From assembly GCA_022813865.1 (NCBI GenBank), contig JALDZX010000033.1, forward strand, positions 62,001 through 126,000: DNA of 64,000 nucleotides, written 5' to 3'. Numbering within the stretch: the stretch's first letter is position 1; the number at the start of each line of letters is the position of its first letter. Under the pieces are notes generated by a model that searched no databases, was not told the DNA's origin, and saw only the letters and a program-made list of their open reading frames with translations. Made by a program: the position numbers and the translations under genes. The stretch is from Xylographa opegraphella (Eukaryota). Shown here one piece after another: positions 48,120 through 60,366 of the stretch.

Positions 48120-48882
48120 ATGCGTCCCGGCCTGACCACAGCTCGCCTCGTCACGCTCCTCGTCGCCCTCCTGCCCCAGTCCGCCCACTGCATGATGGCC
48201 ATCTGCCTGCAGTCCAACACCGAGCCCCGAGCGTCGGAGTGCCAGCTCGCGTTGCGGCAGATCCTCGCAGACACTCACCCGTCCAACTTCGGGCGCGAGG
48301 AGACCTGGGTCCCCATCCCGGACGGCATGGACGACGACCCGTACTTCGACGACATGATGGCTTGCGGGGCCCAGTGGATCCACGGTGCGTCTCGCAACGG
48401 CCACCTTCTTAACCTTGCGCCTTTGCCGTCCCCCAGGCTGCTGCTGCTGCTATTGTCGTTGTTGACATCATCGTCCTAACCGTGCGTGCTGTTAGGCTCC
48501 TGCGCCGTGACGATGGGCTGCGACCGCCGCGCGCGCGTCTCGCTGCTCCAGATCCGCGACACGGCGGCCCAAGCCGTGGAGGCGTGCATGGAGCCCCATG
48601 GCCAGAGCCCCGCCCGCGCCTTCAACGCCCTGGCCTTCTTCGAGGACAACTTCCGCTCCGGCTGGTGGGTGACCGTCGGCCCCCGGGACGACTTCCTGTA
48701 CTACCGCAGCGAGGTGGATAGCAGCCTGGAGCTGTTCATGACGCGCGCCGGGGCTTCGATGGCGTATTTGCTCGCGTGGGTACGTTTTGTTTTCGGGTGC
48801 GATGCCGGGGTTCCCGGGGAGCGTTTTCGTACTGACGCCGGCGTGTCTTTAGTATCAGCTTCAGCTGGGGGCCTTGGGATGA
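48120..48882 (+). CDS. Small secreted Cys-containing protein, candidate effector (3 exons: 48120-48384, 48496-48779, 48853-48882)
   Basis: Signal peptide MRPGLTTARLVTLLVALLPQSAHC; canonical GTGCGT..CTAAC..TAG and GTACGT..CTGAC..TAG introns; about 192 aa with 6 Cys after the signal; high GC. Confidence 0.75.
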
Positions 48883-49265
48883 AAAGGAGGGAGAGTCCGC
48901 TGTGCGGCGGCGAGCGCGTGGCTGCAGAAGACAGGTTCACTCTGGGAGTGAGGGAATCGGGGGCGGGGTTCCGATCCTGCTAGATCTGCCGGCGTCTGGA
49001 AACGTTGAGGGGAGAGTGGATATCGAGCGTTGTATAGTTAGTCTACGCAGACCTGTCACGTTTGTGACAGGTAATGCAATGTCATCTCAGGGCACAAGCT
49101 GTCTCCGAGACATCAGTCATTCGTCACAAAATGATTTCATGCTACCTAGCTATCGTGAACCTCGTTATTCTCGTTTGTAAACCACACTCTCTCATCCTCA
49201 CACTACAAGTGCGTCCCGGAGCACTGCCTCCAATCCCAATCGCAAGACTCGACACTGGACGCGAT

Positions 49266-50365
49266 TCAAACGCCTTTCTCCCCGAACGGCGCCACGGTGG
49301 AACTATCGGCCACGATATCTGCCTTTCCCGTTGCGGTGCTCTCGCCCATTCCACTGCTGTTCTTCGAGCATCCCGAGCACGCGCATTTGCCCTCTGCGCA
49401 AGGACAAGTCCCATCGTCGCCTCCGCACTTGCAGGTTGTCTTTCCGCTGCTGACGCTCTTCATACTCTGCTCGTTCGCCTCCATGCTTCCTCCCTTTCCG
49501 CTCTTGAAGTCCGCCAGCCGTCTCGCTTCAGCGTGGATGTCGCGGACCTGTTTGTCGCCCATGGTGTAGAATTCCGCAAGCTTCTGCCCGGTCGGCGTAC
49601 CCAGCGCCTTCTGGAAGTAGCTGTTGAGACCACTCCACCCTGTTGCGGCCTTGTCTGTGATGCCGTAGCTGGCGTCGAGTCCCTTTGCCTTGTCGGTAGC
49701 GTGGTACTTCTCATCGAAGGATGCAAGGTAATTTGTGAAGCGCGTGCTGACGCCGTGTTTCTGGTCAAGCGAGATGGCCCGTTGGATGGCGGTGTCGGAA
49801 AGGGCATAGCCGTGGGCGAGATACTCGGCTACGATGCGCGAGCGAGGTTTGTCTTCCTGGGAAATCTCTCCATTGGTGCTACCACCGAGAGCACCGGTGA
49901 CGGTGTCCTTTGCAGAAGTGACGATGTCGGGTAGGCCGGCGGCGGATGAGACCTCGACTTGAGAGGGACCGAGTTGTGTGTGGTCTAGGAGTAGAGCTGT
50001 TTTGGCAGCGCTGATACGAGAGGATCAGTTTTCATCCAAAGATGGTGGAGTTAAGGAATAGTACGGGAAACTTGGGGCGAGACTTACGTTTCCTTTTCGA
50101 AAGTCACCGTGGCTGATTTGGCGCTCTCTGGGTCTGAAGATGTGGGAGTGACAGAGAGCGATGTGATCTTTCCACTAAAGCATAATTCAGCATCAGGATA
50201 TTTGACTTCGTAAAAGCACAGTCGTACCAGAAGCTGAAGAAATCGCGAACTTCCTTCTCACTGGTCTGGTGCGAGATATTCTTCACCTGTGGACCCCACG
50301 TGTCAGTATGCAGAGCCGACCACTAGACGGAAGCTCCAACTTACGTGGACAACGGTGGACGACAT
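49266..50365 (-). CDS. VIP1: Vip1-like RRM protein (4 exons)
   Basis: VHVKNIS..TSEKEVRDFFSFCGKI, VTFEKETAAKTALLL, QEDKPRSRIVAEYLAHGY; Cys-rich C-terminus. Confidence 0.85.
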
Positions 50366-52007
50366 GTTGTGTGGATATTAGGCTTTGTGAATCGGGTTTA
50401 TGTTAAATGGTGATTGAGTTTTGTGAGGGAGGATGTTGAGAACGTTGAGAATTGCAGTCCCAAGGCTCAGTCCAAGAGTAATGGAGGGGCAAGGCAGTGG
50501 CGTTTGGGGATCAGCGTACGTCATGCAGTGGCTGATCAGCCCCTTACTTTCACTCGGCCGATTCGGCCCGCATGGGCCCGAGGGGCTAGGGGCTGTGGAC
50601 TGGACCCTGGAATTAAGGGCTATTCTTCCATTTCAAGCACATCAAGCAGCACTTTCAACAATCGAGACCCATTATTCACACCAAGTATTCACCGAGGCGG
50701 GTGCTTTCATTCGACAATAGAAATCAATCACTCACACAAAGTATCACCTAGGCAGGTGCTTTCAATCTCATCATCTGCGGCCTAAGGTAGAGGCTGTGAA
50801 ATCAGTGTCATACGAGTCAGAAAGCATTATTCATTACCCCTATCCTATCAACCTCGGCCGAGCTACGTGCATGGGCTTACAGCACAAGTAGACAGCAAGT
50901 TCCCCAGCCCTTAAAGTGTGTGAATAAGGCCAGCAACAGAGTTATACTATCGGGCGAGTATAAAATCTCTTGTGTCAATGTTCACAAAACGGGCAGAGTC
51001 CCCGTGCTATCAACCGACTTGTCATGAGCAAGTCTGCTTTATGGCAACATATACTACCTTTATACAAAATAGTCAACCGACATGTCCACACAAAAACACG
51101 AGAAGAAAATCTCTCTCGAAGGACATTTATAACAAACCCCAAACACCCATCTTCTACCTCATATCCTCCCATTCCACCCAACAAACAGCATGCAGCAACC
51201 CACCAAGAGAAATTCGATTAGCCCCCGAGAATTACAGCAAACCACCGATCGAAACCGCACAGCCAAGTTGCTGACAAACCTTCATTCCCATCCGCAACGA
51301 AAAAACAACAGTTTTGAAAAGAAATGCTCGAACTCTGATCTATACTTGACGAGTCCAGGCAGCACCAGAAATCACGAAGCCCCCCCCTTGAATCCGGCTT
51401 AGCCTTAGGGTTTGATGCCCACGATGCGACGCAGATTTCGACAGTGAATAGTTGAGGTAACGGCTCTGATTAAAGTACCAAATGTATACCTACTACCTGC
51501 CTACCTACCTACCTCTCCGCACTTAACCCCCCCCCACCGCCGACTCCTACAGTCAATAATAAGGTAATCCGCACCCCCACTTCCATTCCATTCCACCAAA
51601 CCACACCAGCAGCGATCTCCCACGCCGAAAATCCCAGCCGACACAAACCGCCCGGGGCCCCCTCCCCATCCCCACCTCCCCTCCGTCTCACCCCAAACAC
51701 ACCCAACCAGAACGCTCCCCCACGCCGGCGCGTTGCGAGAGTATATTACTTTGCCCCCCCCGCCCGGGCGCGTGGCACCGCACCTCACCGCGCTGTTCGT
51801 TATCGTCGGTGGGTGGGCTGTGTGCATAGATACCCTACCCTACCCTCCCTGCTAAAAGTAAGACGTACATCAACCAAGTCGGGTACCTTACCTTACTTTA
51901 CCTTACCTTACCACACGCCCCACACATCCCTGCCAAAGCCACGTGCAGCACGCACACACCCACCAACGCTCACGCAGCATGCTCACGCTCACGCCCACGC
52001 GCTGCAG

Positions 52008-52036
52008 CGGCGACGGCGGCGGCGGCGGCGGCGGCG
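52008..52036. repeat. (CGG)n microsatellite
   Basis: cggcgacggcggcggcgg... run. Confidence 0.85.
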
Positions 52037-52562
52037 GTTGGAATTGAAGGGTCATGCCTTACCTTAGGTTAGGTTAGATGGTGCACTGCCCACCAGCGAA
52101 TGCAAACGTAAATGCAAGAGCCAGGGGCGAGCCACGAGGTTCAGAGTATCTCTCTACCTGCTACTACCGTATCCTACCTTGACCTAGGGTAACGAGGTAG
52201 GGTAGGGTAAGGTAGGGTAGAGACGGTCGAAACACACCCTTTGAACCCTTTAATCTACCGGCCGGTTGTCAGAAACACGCAAACACAACGCAACGTAGAT
52301 ATGTTTCGCCGATTAATGCGTTGTGTCCACCAGTCCACCAGCCAGCGAGCCAGCGAACGACGGGCGAGGCGGGCGGGTGGGCGGGCGGCGTGGCGGAAAC
52401 AGGTATTTTACCTACCGATCGTACCTACCTTACCTATCCACCTACCGTTTTCCCCGACCTTATCTAAAAGTGAGTATGAGAAGTCATGCGCTCGCGAACC
52501 CGCAACCTAGTGGGCCGGCCGCTGCTCCAAGGCGCGGCGGCGCGCAGGCCGGGAATCTCGGT

Positions 52563-52596
52563 CGTTGGCCGTTGGCCGTTGGCCGTTGGCCGTTGG
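52563..52596. repeat. 7-bp tandem repeat (cgttggc), about 5 copies
   Basis: cgttggccgttggccgttggccgttggccgttgg. Confidence 0.9.
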
Positions 52597-53283
52597 TATT
52601 ATTCGACGGTAGTTTTAGGGCAAGGTAATCGATCTAGAGGACGGCAGAAACCAATCTACATAGTCTAGTCCACAACTGCCTGCCTGCCTGCCTGCCTTGT
52701 CATTCGCGACCGCAGGAGTTCAAAGGGGGCATTTTTCTATTTCTCAAACACCAACAACGTGGCGAGAGCACACGGGCCGGCAGACCACCTTACTTAAGAC
52801 TAGTGGGCACGAAAGGGACGAAAGTGCAGAAACGAAAAAGCAGGGTGTGGGGGATCCATGATTGGGCCCGTTGGTGATTCCCCAATAATACTGTTTCGCG
52901 ATACTTCTAAGGTAAGGTATACTCTACTGATCACCAACGTAGGGCAGAGCCGTCGACTCCGTCTGCTCCCTGTCCCCCGATGCCCACCCATCATTCACAC
53001 CCATCCCTTGCCTTGCCCCCACAAAGCGGCCGTGGGAAGCCGCGGTCGTGCTATTATACAGTCAGTCGTTGTGGAGTCGTGAACCCCGAACCCAGCCCAG
53101 CCCATCGATGTAAATCGTTCCAGAACGCCGAAACAAACGCTTTCTCGCTCCCTTCATCACACCCCCCCCGGGGGGCCCGGGCTAGCGAGGACAGTCGATT
53201 CAAGCATGGGGTCGTAAACAACGGGAGACAACGCCGGGGAACTGGTATCGTGATAGTGTACAAGGATGCTTTTTTTCTTCTCC

Positions 53284-53309
53284 TTCTTCTTCTTCTTCTT
53301 CTTCTTCTT
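53284..53309. repeat. (CTT)n microsatellite just downstream of the NDT80-family gene
   Basis: cttcttcttctt... run. Confidence 0.85.
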
Positions 53310-53360
53310 TTCTAGAGGCCGTAAACAGGTCGTCACTCCATCTCGTCACTCGTCTCGCCA

Positions 53361-55232
53361 TCATCCCCACTTGGCCGTGTGAGGGCACAAGATCCCATCG
53401 ACCGAGTGTCCCTGCGTCCCGTTCGTAGACTGATGATAATCTTGGCCCGCGGGATAGACCCAGTCCTCGACGCTAGGGTAGTAGCCATACACCAGCTCGG
53501 CCGCACCTCCACTCGTGCTTCTCCCCATCCCATTGCTCGCGAACGTAGGATTGCCCATCATGGAGGCGAACCGGAATGCATTCGTCGGCAGTCCCGACGA
53601 GTCCTCGGGCAGGTAGGATGGAGCGCTCGTCCCGAACGCATGCCGGGATGATTTCCGAGGGCGTTCCGCCGGCGCGGACCGACTTTGTTGGGTGCCGATG
53701 TCCTGCGGAATGGTGAGCATCAACGCCGTTTTCGCATCGACGTAGGATGATTTGCGTTTGAGCGATGGTTTCCGCACTCTTTTGAGCTCGGGTTCGTGCT
53801 TGACATAAGGCGAGACGCTGGGAGTGCTTGGTAGTGTAGATGATTGAAGCGTGGTGCTGGAGCTGGGAGAGAAATTCCGCCATTCGTGATGGCTGGCGGG
53901 CACTTGGCTGTAGGGATAGCTATCATTACCCATCACATCTGCTTCCTGATGGGCCGGCATGTGCACTTGATGTGACTCGGGAACGAGCCTTCGTGAGGTC
54001 GCCGGTGAGGATCCTGCTCTTCTTCCTGGTGGTCGAGAATCGGGCAGGGGAACGTCCTCCTTTGTCTGGAAGTTCCGAGGACTTCGGCCTCGAACCACAA
54101 TCGGCCCGGAAAGCGCTTGGCAGATGGATACTTCGGCCCCATTCGAAAGCGTGGCGGTGACGAACAATCGGACCGTAAAATGCTGCTGTAGCTCTTTCCG
54201 GCGTCCGTTATTCGCCGTGGCAACCCGGAACTGTAACCGCTTCCACGCGAAAGGATAGATGTTGAATTCTCCGTCGACCTCATGGCTTGACGTGGGATCA
54301 AGCTGGACCGGGACCGGTTCCTTTTCCGTCTTCTCCTCTACGACGGGCGGCGCCCCCGTCGCTGATGGCTTGAAGGGAACCGAAATGATCTTGATGGGAC
54401 TGCCTTCCACCGATTCCGATGCCGATATCGACAGTCTTTGGGATACGATTGCGAGGCGCTCGCCCTGATCGGTCACCACGGACTGGATCATCCGCGGTAC
54501 GGTCACGTAGCCCGTGATCTGAAACAGATTCCGCCGGTAGCAGGTGAGCTCGGCCGGGGTGCCCGACATGTCTTCGGAGCCCGCTCGTGATGATTTGGCC
54601 AGAAAGAACATGCCATGCAATTGTGCCGCCAGTGATACCGAAGTCTGCCGCATGGAGTAATCGAGGAGGCCAAAACTGCAGGTTGAGCGCTGGAAGCCGA
54701 GCAACTTGTTGCCCGTTTCTATCTCCGGTATTTGCGGTGACGGTGGGTCGTACACGGGGACTTCTGTGACCTCCTGCATCGGCTCCTCGTAACTGGAAGC
54801 GTAGGAATGCATTCTTTGGGGCGCCAGCGGTTGGGTAGCATAGGTGAATGCGTCGGCCCTACAATTGATCTGAGCAAAGGGGCTCCCGTGCCGGTTGTGG
54901 TGGAGGGAAACTGACCTGGAGTACTGTCCAGCTGTATATGCATCCTCGGGATACGAATACGACGGTCCGCGCTTCCGATATCGTGCGGTGGTGAGGATGG
55001 GCTGGAATGAAGATGGACTTGCACTGTACATTGGCAGACAAGATGAGTCGTATAGGTCCATTGAACGTCTGGGTGCTTCTACATGAGCAACGAAGACCAC
55101 GCCGTTTGGATGAAAACGGTTAGAAGGAGCAGAGTCCGGGGCCACGGGGAAAGGGTCGGTGAAGAGGAAGTTGGAAATGGCAAAGCTGTTTCGAGGAAGC
55201 CAAAGAGAGCGACGAGTGGATGCATATAACAC
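53361..55232 (-). CDS. NDT80/PhoG-family transcription factor, VIB-1/XprG-like (5' end uncertain; first in-frame ATG at 55061, upstream exon possible)
   Basis: LHGMFFLA, ELTCYRRNLFQITG, WKRLQFRVATANNGRRKELQQHF, PIVVRGRSPRNF. Confidence 0.88.
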   Translation of the reverse strand: MLYASTRRSLWLPRNSFAISNFLFTDPFPVAPDSAPSNRFHPNGVVFVAHVEAPRRSMDLYDSSCLPMYSASPSSFQPILTTARYRKRGPSYSYPEDAYTAGQYSRSVSLHHNRHGSPFAQINCRADAFTYATQPLAPQRMHSYASSYEEPMQEVTEVPVYDPPSPQIPEIETGNKLLGFQRSTCSFGLLDYSMRQTSVSLAAQLHGMFFLAKSSRAGSEDMSGTPAELTCYRRNLFQITGYVTVPRMIQSVVTDQGERLAIVSQRLSISASESVEGSPIKIISVPFKPSATGAPPVVEEKTEKEPVPVQLDPTSSHEVDGEFNIYPFAWKRLQFRVATANNGRRKELQQHFTVRLFVTATLSNGAEVSICQALSGPIVVRGRSPRNFQTKEDVPLPDSRPPGRRAGSSPATSRRLVPESHQVHMPAHQEADVMGNDSYPYSQVPASHHEWRNFSPSSSTTLQSSTLPSTPSVSPYVKHEPELKRVRKPSLKRKSSYVDAKTALMLTIPQDIGTQQSRSAPAERPRKSSRHAFGTSAPSYLPEDSSGLPTNAFRFASMMGNPTFASNGMGRSTSGGAAELVYGYYPSVEDWVYPAGQDYHQSTNGTQGHSVDGILCPHTAKWG

Positions 55233-55703
55233 CGGCTAAGGGGGGGACACATTTAGCACGGTGAGCAGGCTCCTTCAGCTGAGCCGGAGGGTGTGAGGGT
55301 GGCATGTAGGGCTATGGAGGAAGAGTAGCATTAAGCATTCAATGTGCTGAGAGGACAGAGGGACGGCGGCCAACGACTGGGGAGCGGTCGCTGCATCGCA
55401 GGGGCAAGCCATGTGCAGACGTTGCTTGTGGTCAGAGACATTCCATCTTAGCCTCGCTCGCACGACAGGGGTGGTTGGGTGTGATGGTGGAGGAGGAAGA
55501 CGAGCCGGGTTTTGGGCAGTGAATCGGGGCAAATCAACAGCAGCAACGCGAGGTTGCGGAGCAGGAGCTTCGGCAGGATTTGCGTTTGGGGCTTTCCATG
55601 GGCTTTTTTTGTCCGCCGTGCTTTTGCTTTGCTAGGCGTTAGCTGGGCTGAGGACGAATTGGTGAAGGGTGAAGGGCGATGGGGGAAAAGGGAGCAGGGG
55701 GTT

Positions 55704-55721
55704 GTGTGTGTGTGTGTGTGT
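55704..55721. repeat. (GT)n microsatellite
   Basis: gtgtgtgtgtgtgtgtgt. Confidence 0.85.
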
Positions 55722-55930
55722 GGTCGACTGCCAAAAACGAGACAACGACGAATAGGCCATTGAGGCTTAGCTTAGCTCGAGCAGCGTCGTCGTTCAGAAG
55801 AAATCTTTTCGTCCTAGTTTGAGCCGACCTACCTGCGGACCTTGAAGCCTTCGCTCCCTCGACGTGATCTACTTATCGGCAAGGTTCCGTGGGATGGTGG
55901 TGGGGAGGAAGACGAGGGGGCAGGGGAGGG

Positions 55931-55980
55931 NNNNNNNNNNNNNNNNNNNNNNNNNNNNNNNNNNNNNNNNNNNNNNNNNN

Positions 55981-56041
<61 letters not shown>
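55931..56041. other. Assembly gap (50 N) followed by a ~61-nt poly-G run
   Basis: Seen directly in the sequence. Confidence 0.97.
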
Positions 56042-56042
<1 letters not shown>

Positions 56043-59000
56043 GTGGTTCAGAACGGGAAAGAATGGGAGGATTTCGAAAGAGAGAGATTAGCGGCCACTG
56101 GCACCCGGGGGCAGAAGCACACGGACGACCTATTTCTCGCTGAAGAACAAAGTAGCTACCTACCTACGTTACCTGACCTGACCAGACCGTCTGCCTCCCC
56201 TCGGCCGTGGCTTCTTTCACCGCTCGGTCTGGCCGAGACCACACAGCGCAGCGAGCCAAGGGTGAAGCCGACGTCGAAAAGGTTCGAGACAAGCGTGATT
56301 GTTGTCGCTTCAGCTCGGGCCACGCTGCACCGGGCTGATGTCATGCTTGGTCTGAGCCGCCAAGCCGCCAAGCAGCCAAGTCAACGGCTTCCGTCCGATG
56401 GCGATTGTGTTTCTGCGACTAAGGCGAAAGAGAGTCGCTGCAAGTTGTGGCGCCCCCCGGTTCCAGACATGCACGGTACGGTAGGTCGTCCGTCATCTGT
56501 CCGTGCCGGGCTCTGATGTTGGACTTATCGGAGGGGAAAAAGGGAGTGGGAGAAGGGAGAGACGTGAGTGTGCCGGCGACCAAACTACGGTAGCCACTTT
56601 CACTTCACTCATGCGGCCGTCCAACCACCGGAACGGCGAGTATGATTTCCTATCCTAACCTACCTTACTCCAAGTTACTCCGCCGTAGATTCGACCTCTA
56701 CGTGGCCGTCCCTGAATGTCCCAGGGCCGAATCCTGCCGGCTACAGGAGGCCCTTGTCCGTGCAACGGTCGTCGACGGGTGATGCAGGTGGTGTGTCGGC
56801 CCTCCCCTTCCCTCGCACGAGGCGACAAATGGCCCCAACGAGTAAGGTGGGGCCCGTTTCAGACATGCGACTCCCATCCACCGACATTAGTTATGAATAG
56901 GACATGGAAGCCGTCGTCGAACTCGTGGCACTTCCAGGAATCGGCCCCTAACCGCGGCCGGCACGAGGGATGATCCTGTCGCCGATCGCTCGCTGGGACG
57001 GGACCAGGGGGGCTGTGATGCACGTTTCCGCGCCGCAGATCTCCCTTTCGCTCCCCCCACTTCTCTCTCGCTTGTTTCGCAATTTGCGCGGGCTCGAAAG
57101 TCGTCAAACCTCTAGCGGGGAAGGTGACATGCCCGAAGAGGCTTAGAGCGCACGCTGGCGAGCAATTGCAGGCAACCGAAAATCCGTCGGCTATCCATGG
57201 CCCACGCACCCAGCCACTCTCATGCCCCGCTTCCGATGGTAACGTGTTGGAACTAAAGCATGGTGGGGGGAAAAGAGCGGTCGTGGCCAACACCAACGGA
57301 CGTACTCACTGCACCCAGCGCAATAATTGAATTCATCGAAGCTTCCAAAAGTGCGTGATCCACCCCCTCCCCGGACAGGGCCAACCTTCGATGCCCGCTC
57401 CAGAGACGGGCCGTACCATGTTTCCCACCCCCCATTTCCGTGCCGTCGTCGCGCGCCCCCCATGGTGTCATCCGCCTTCGTGGCCGCCTCCATTGGTATC
57501 CGTCCGTGGGAAACGAGGCCGATCAAACAGAAGCCAGACCTCGTGGCGGAGCAGCAGCGCTCTGATCGGTCGAGGCAGTTGCATTAGCCCACTTCATGCC
57601 TCCCTCATCTCATGCACACGTGTGTATGCGGCGCGCGGCAGCGACGTCGTCCCTCGTCGTCGCACTGACCTGGCCAGTCTCGGAGTGAAATCCCAAAGAC
57701 GACCGCATGTCCTGCGCATGGGAGCGCATGGCGACTGAACCCCTGCTGATCTCCCCAGTATGTATGCTGTATGTACCTAAGGTAGCCTGTTGTGTGCGTG
57801 GTCGTTCACCTCGAATGCATCTCCATCGAATCCGGAATGGGTCGAATCGGGTCCTCTTGTATTTGAGATGCCCCTTCACAAATAGTAATCATGTGAGAGC
57901 TCGAGAGCACACAGAAGGTCGGCGGGACACGGTCGTTGAACGGGTGCGACGATTGATCCAATGGTACGTCGCCCCGAACAGCGCGGAGGGACCTACGGTG
58001 CCTGCCGTGATCGTGGCCCGCGTACCGTATGTTGAGCAAAGTGCGTAGCGAGTGGGATGGCATCCTGTCAAAGATGCGGGAGGCCCCAGACGCCTGCTGC
58101 ACGGATTCCAGATCCGCCACCACCATCCCACGTCATGGGTTGAGATGGGACGATTCGAGCAGATCAAGTCGATTCTGCCTCATGCCCGCCTTTGCTAGAG
58201 GAAGACAGCCACCAGAAAAAGCCCTGGACAGGAAAAGCGCAACTCTGCTCCCGTGCCTGGCGAAAACGTGCATGAGAAATGGGTGGCCAGGGTGCATGAA
58301 GCCAGCAATTCGTCCCTCCCCTACCTTGACCATGCCGGACGTGGAGTCGCACGCGTACCTGAGACCCCGTACTGCGGTCGCATTCATTTAGGCATTCGCA
58401 CGCCCGCTCAGCAAAACCTCTCGATCCCTTTTTTTCCTTCCGCCCTCCCTTCTGCGCTGGGAAATTGCAGTCCTTTATTGCACATCCTTTCCTCTTCGCC
58501 CCTTCATGCATCGTTCTGCATGCTGTACGCATGGATGAGGGGGAGGGCAACCGTCGAGTGGACGCGGGTCCCCCCCCCCTGGGCCATCGCCTACTTTCTA
58601 CTTCTATAGGACATCTCAAGCGAACAAAAGCTCGTCCCCGCCGTCGGCCTCGAGTCATGAGCTCGTGACGGTGATGACGGCGAACGAGCTGAAATGCAGA
58701 GACTGAAGTCAATCGCGCCAAGCAGCCTGCTCAAGCTTGAACCCATCGCTCGTCCGCTCACGCCGGTCCTGGTTCAGCCGCAGCGGTGTCGGCTGGGGCC
58801 GAGGACGCCTTGCTGTTCAATGGAAGCCAATGATCAAGATCAAAATTATGTCTTGGGTGAATCGTGGTGCTTACGGCCGTAGGCGCGTAAAGGCTTCGAA
58901 AATCCGAATCTGGCCGGAGGAAGGCTGCTTTGCAGCCATACGGCCATCTACCACTAATCGCTATTATTCATCGCTTCTAGAGCCCGACTCCATTCCCGCA

Positions 59001-59253
59001 TTTCGATCTCCTGCTCACATGACCCAGGCATTCATTGCATGCCTGCGCTCCAAAGCCATGTAAGCATGTTTCCCACCCGTTCCCTCCACCTGATGAACCT
59101 AAACACGCCTGTCGCTTCTCCTCTCCTTGTGCGCCTGCCCTTTGCAAAATTCTCCATCTCATTCGCTTTGCTTTCCATGCCGGTGTGGGTTCACACCATG
59201 CGTGCAACGTAGCCTTCGAAACCCCCTGGCCGTGTTCCCAATTTGCATTCTCC

Positions 59254-60366
59254 TCACATCGAACCAACTGACAGTGCTTCTGCTGTGCCATGTTCCGCAG
59301 ATCTGCCTGGGGACATTTCACTGGAATTTCTGCTCATACCTTGCTGTCGTTGACCACTCAGAGTTCTTTCCAGCTCTCGGATCCGCCGTCGTAGCATTTC
59401 ATTCTCGTGTTTCGCCGACTCCAGCTCTGAGCGATGGAATGCAGCTTCTTCGAAGCGAGCAGTGCCGACGGTCGACACACGGGTCGGAGAGCGAGCATCA
59501 CTTGGACTGATTGCCTGGGTTGTCACATGTGAATTATGAAGATAGCCATGCTGCGAGGTCGAAGGATGGCGATGCAGCTGTGCGGAATGGAAATGGTCTC
59601 CTTGGGTCTGCGACGATGGGAGAGACGGTGATGGCAGCTCGGATCTGCGGGATGAGGTTACAGAGCTTCTTCGACTCACACCATCCCTGCTGTGACCGGA
59701 CGAATGGAGAGTAGCTTCTCTTGCAGGAGCGATCCGGGATACGGTGCTCGATGTGATACCTGCAGCATTTATGCTTCGACTACTCAGACTCGAGGATGAT
59801 CGATGCCGGCGCGAGGGGGTAGGATGAAGGCTACCAAGGAGCGTGTGGTTATCTGTGGGCTCCCCGACACCTGCCGATGTCGATGATGTCGTTGACGCCA
59901 CGGAAACTGATTGCTGCCGTAGAAGTGATAGCTCGCGTGTAAGGCGATTGACCTGAACGAGATTACTCTCTTATGAGCATAGTGTCCACTGTGGGAGAAG
60001 AAAGCTGAACTTACAACTGCTTCTTGTTCTTTCTCTAGCTCTAAATGAAGATCGGCGGCCGTCAATGGTCTAGGATGTCGGAGAGGACCTGGTCTGCGTT
60101 AGGACCTCTTTCTACATTGCCACAGGTAGCTTCAAAGAGGTATGTTTCATACCTGGTCCACCTCCAACTCCAGTGTTATCAGCCATTATGTTGTGGGCTT
60201 GGCCTGAGGGGCTGGGTTGCATGTGCGTGAATTCTCTTGCTAGGGCTGCAGGCGCTGTGGGAGGATTCGCGAGTTGAGAAGCACGTCTTGAAGACGAAGC
60301 TGATGACTGCAGAGATCGGAAGGCGTCGCGCGGTGAAGGAGGAACCGAGTTTAGGTCAGGAGCCAT
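59254..60366 (-). CDS. Conserved Ser-rich coiled-coil fungal protein (3 exons)
   Basis: MAPDLNSVPPSPR...GPG|P...RHPRPLTAADLHLELEKEQEAV|VNRLTRELSLLR...ELESAKHENEMLRRRIRELE; canonical introns. Confidence 0.78.

Noticed and set aside
55842..56516. Poly-Gly ORFs spanning the N gap and poly-G run
   Set aside because: Artefact of the gap; poly-G length is unreliable
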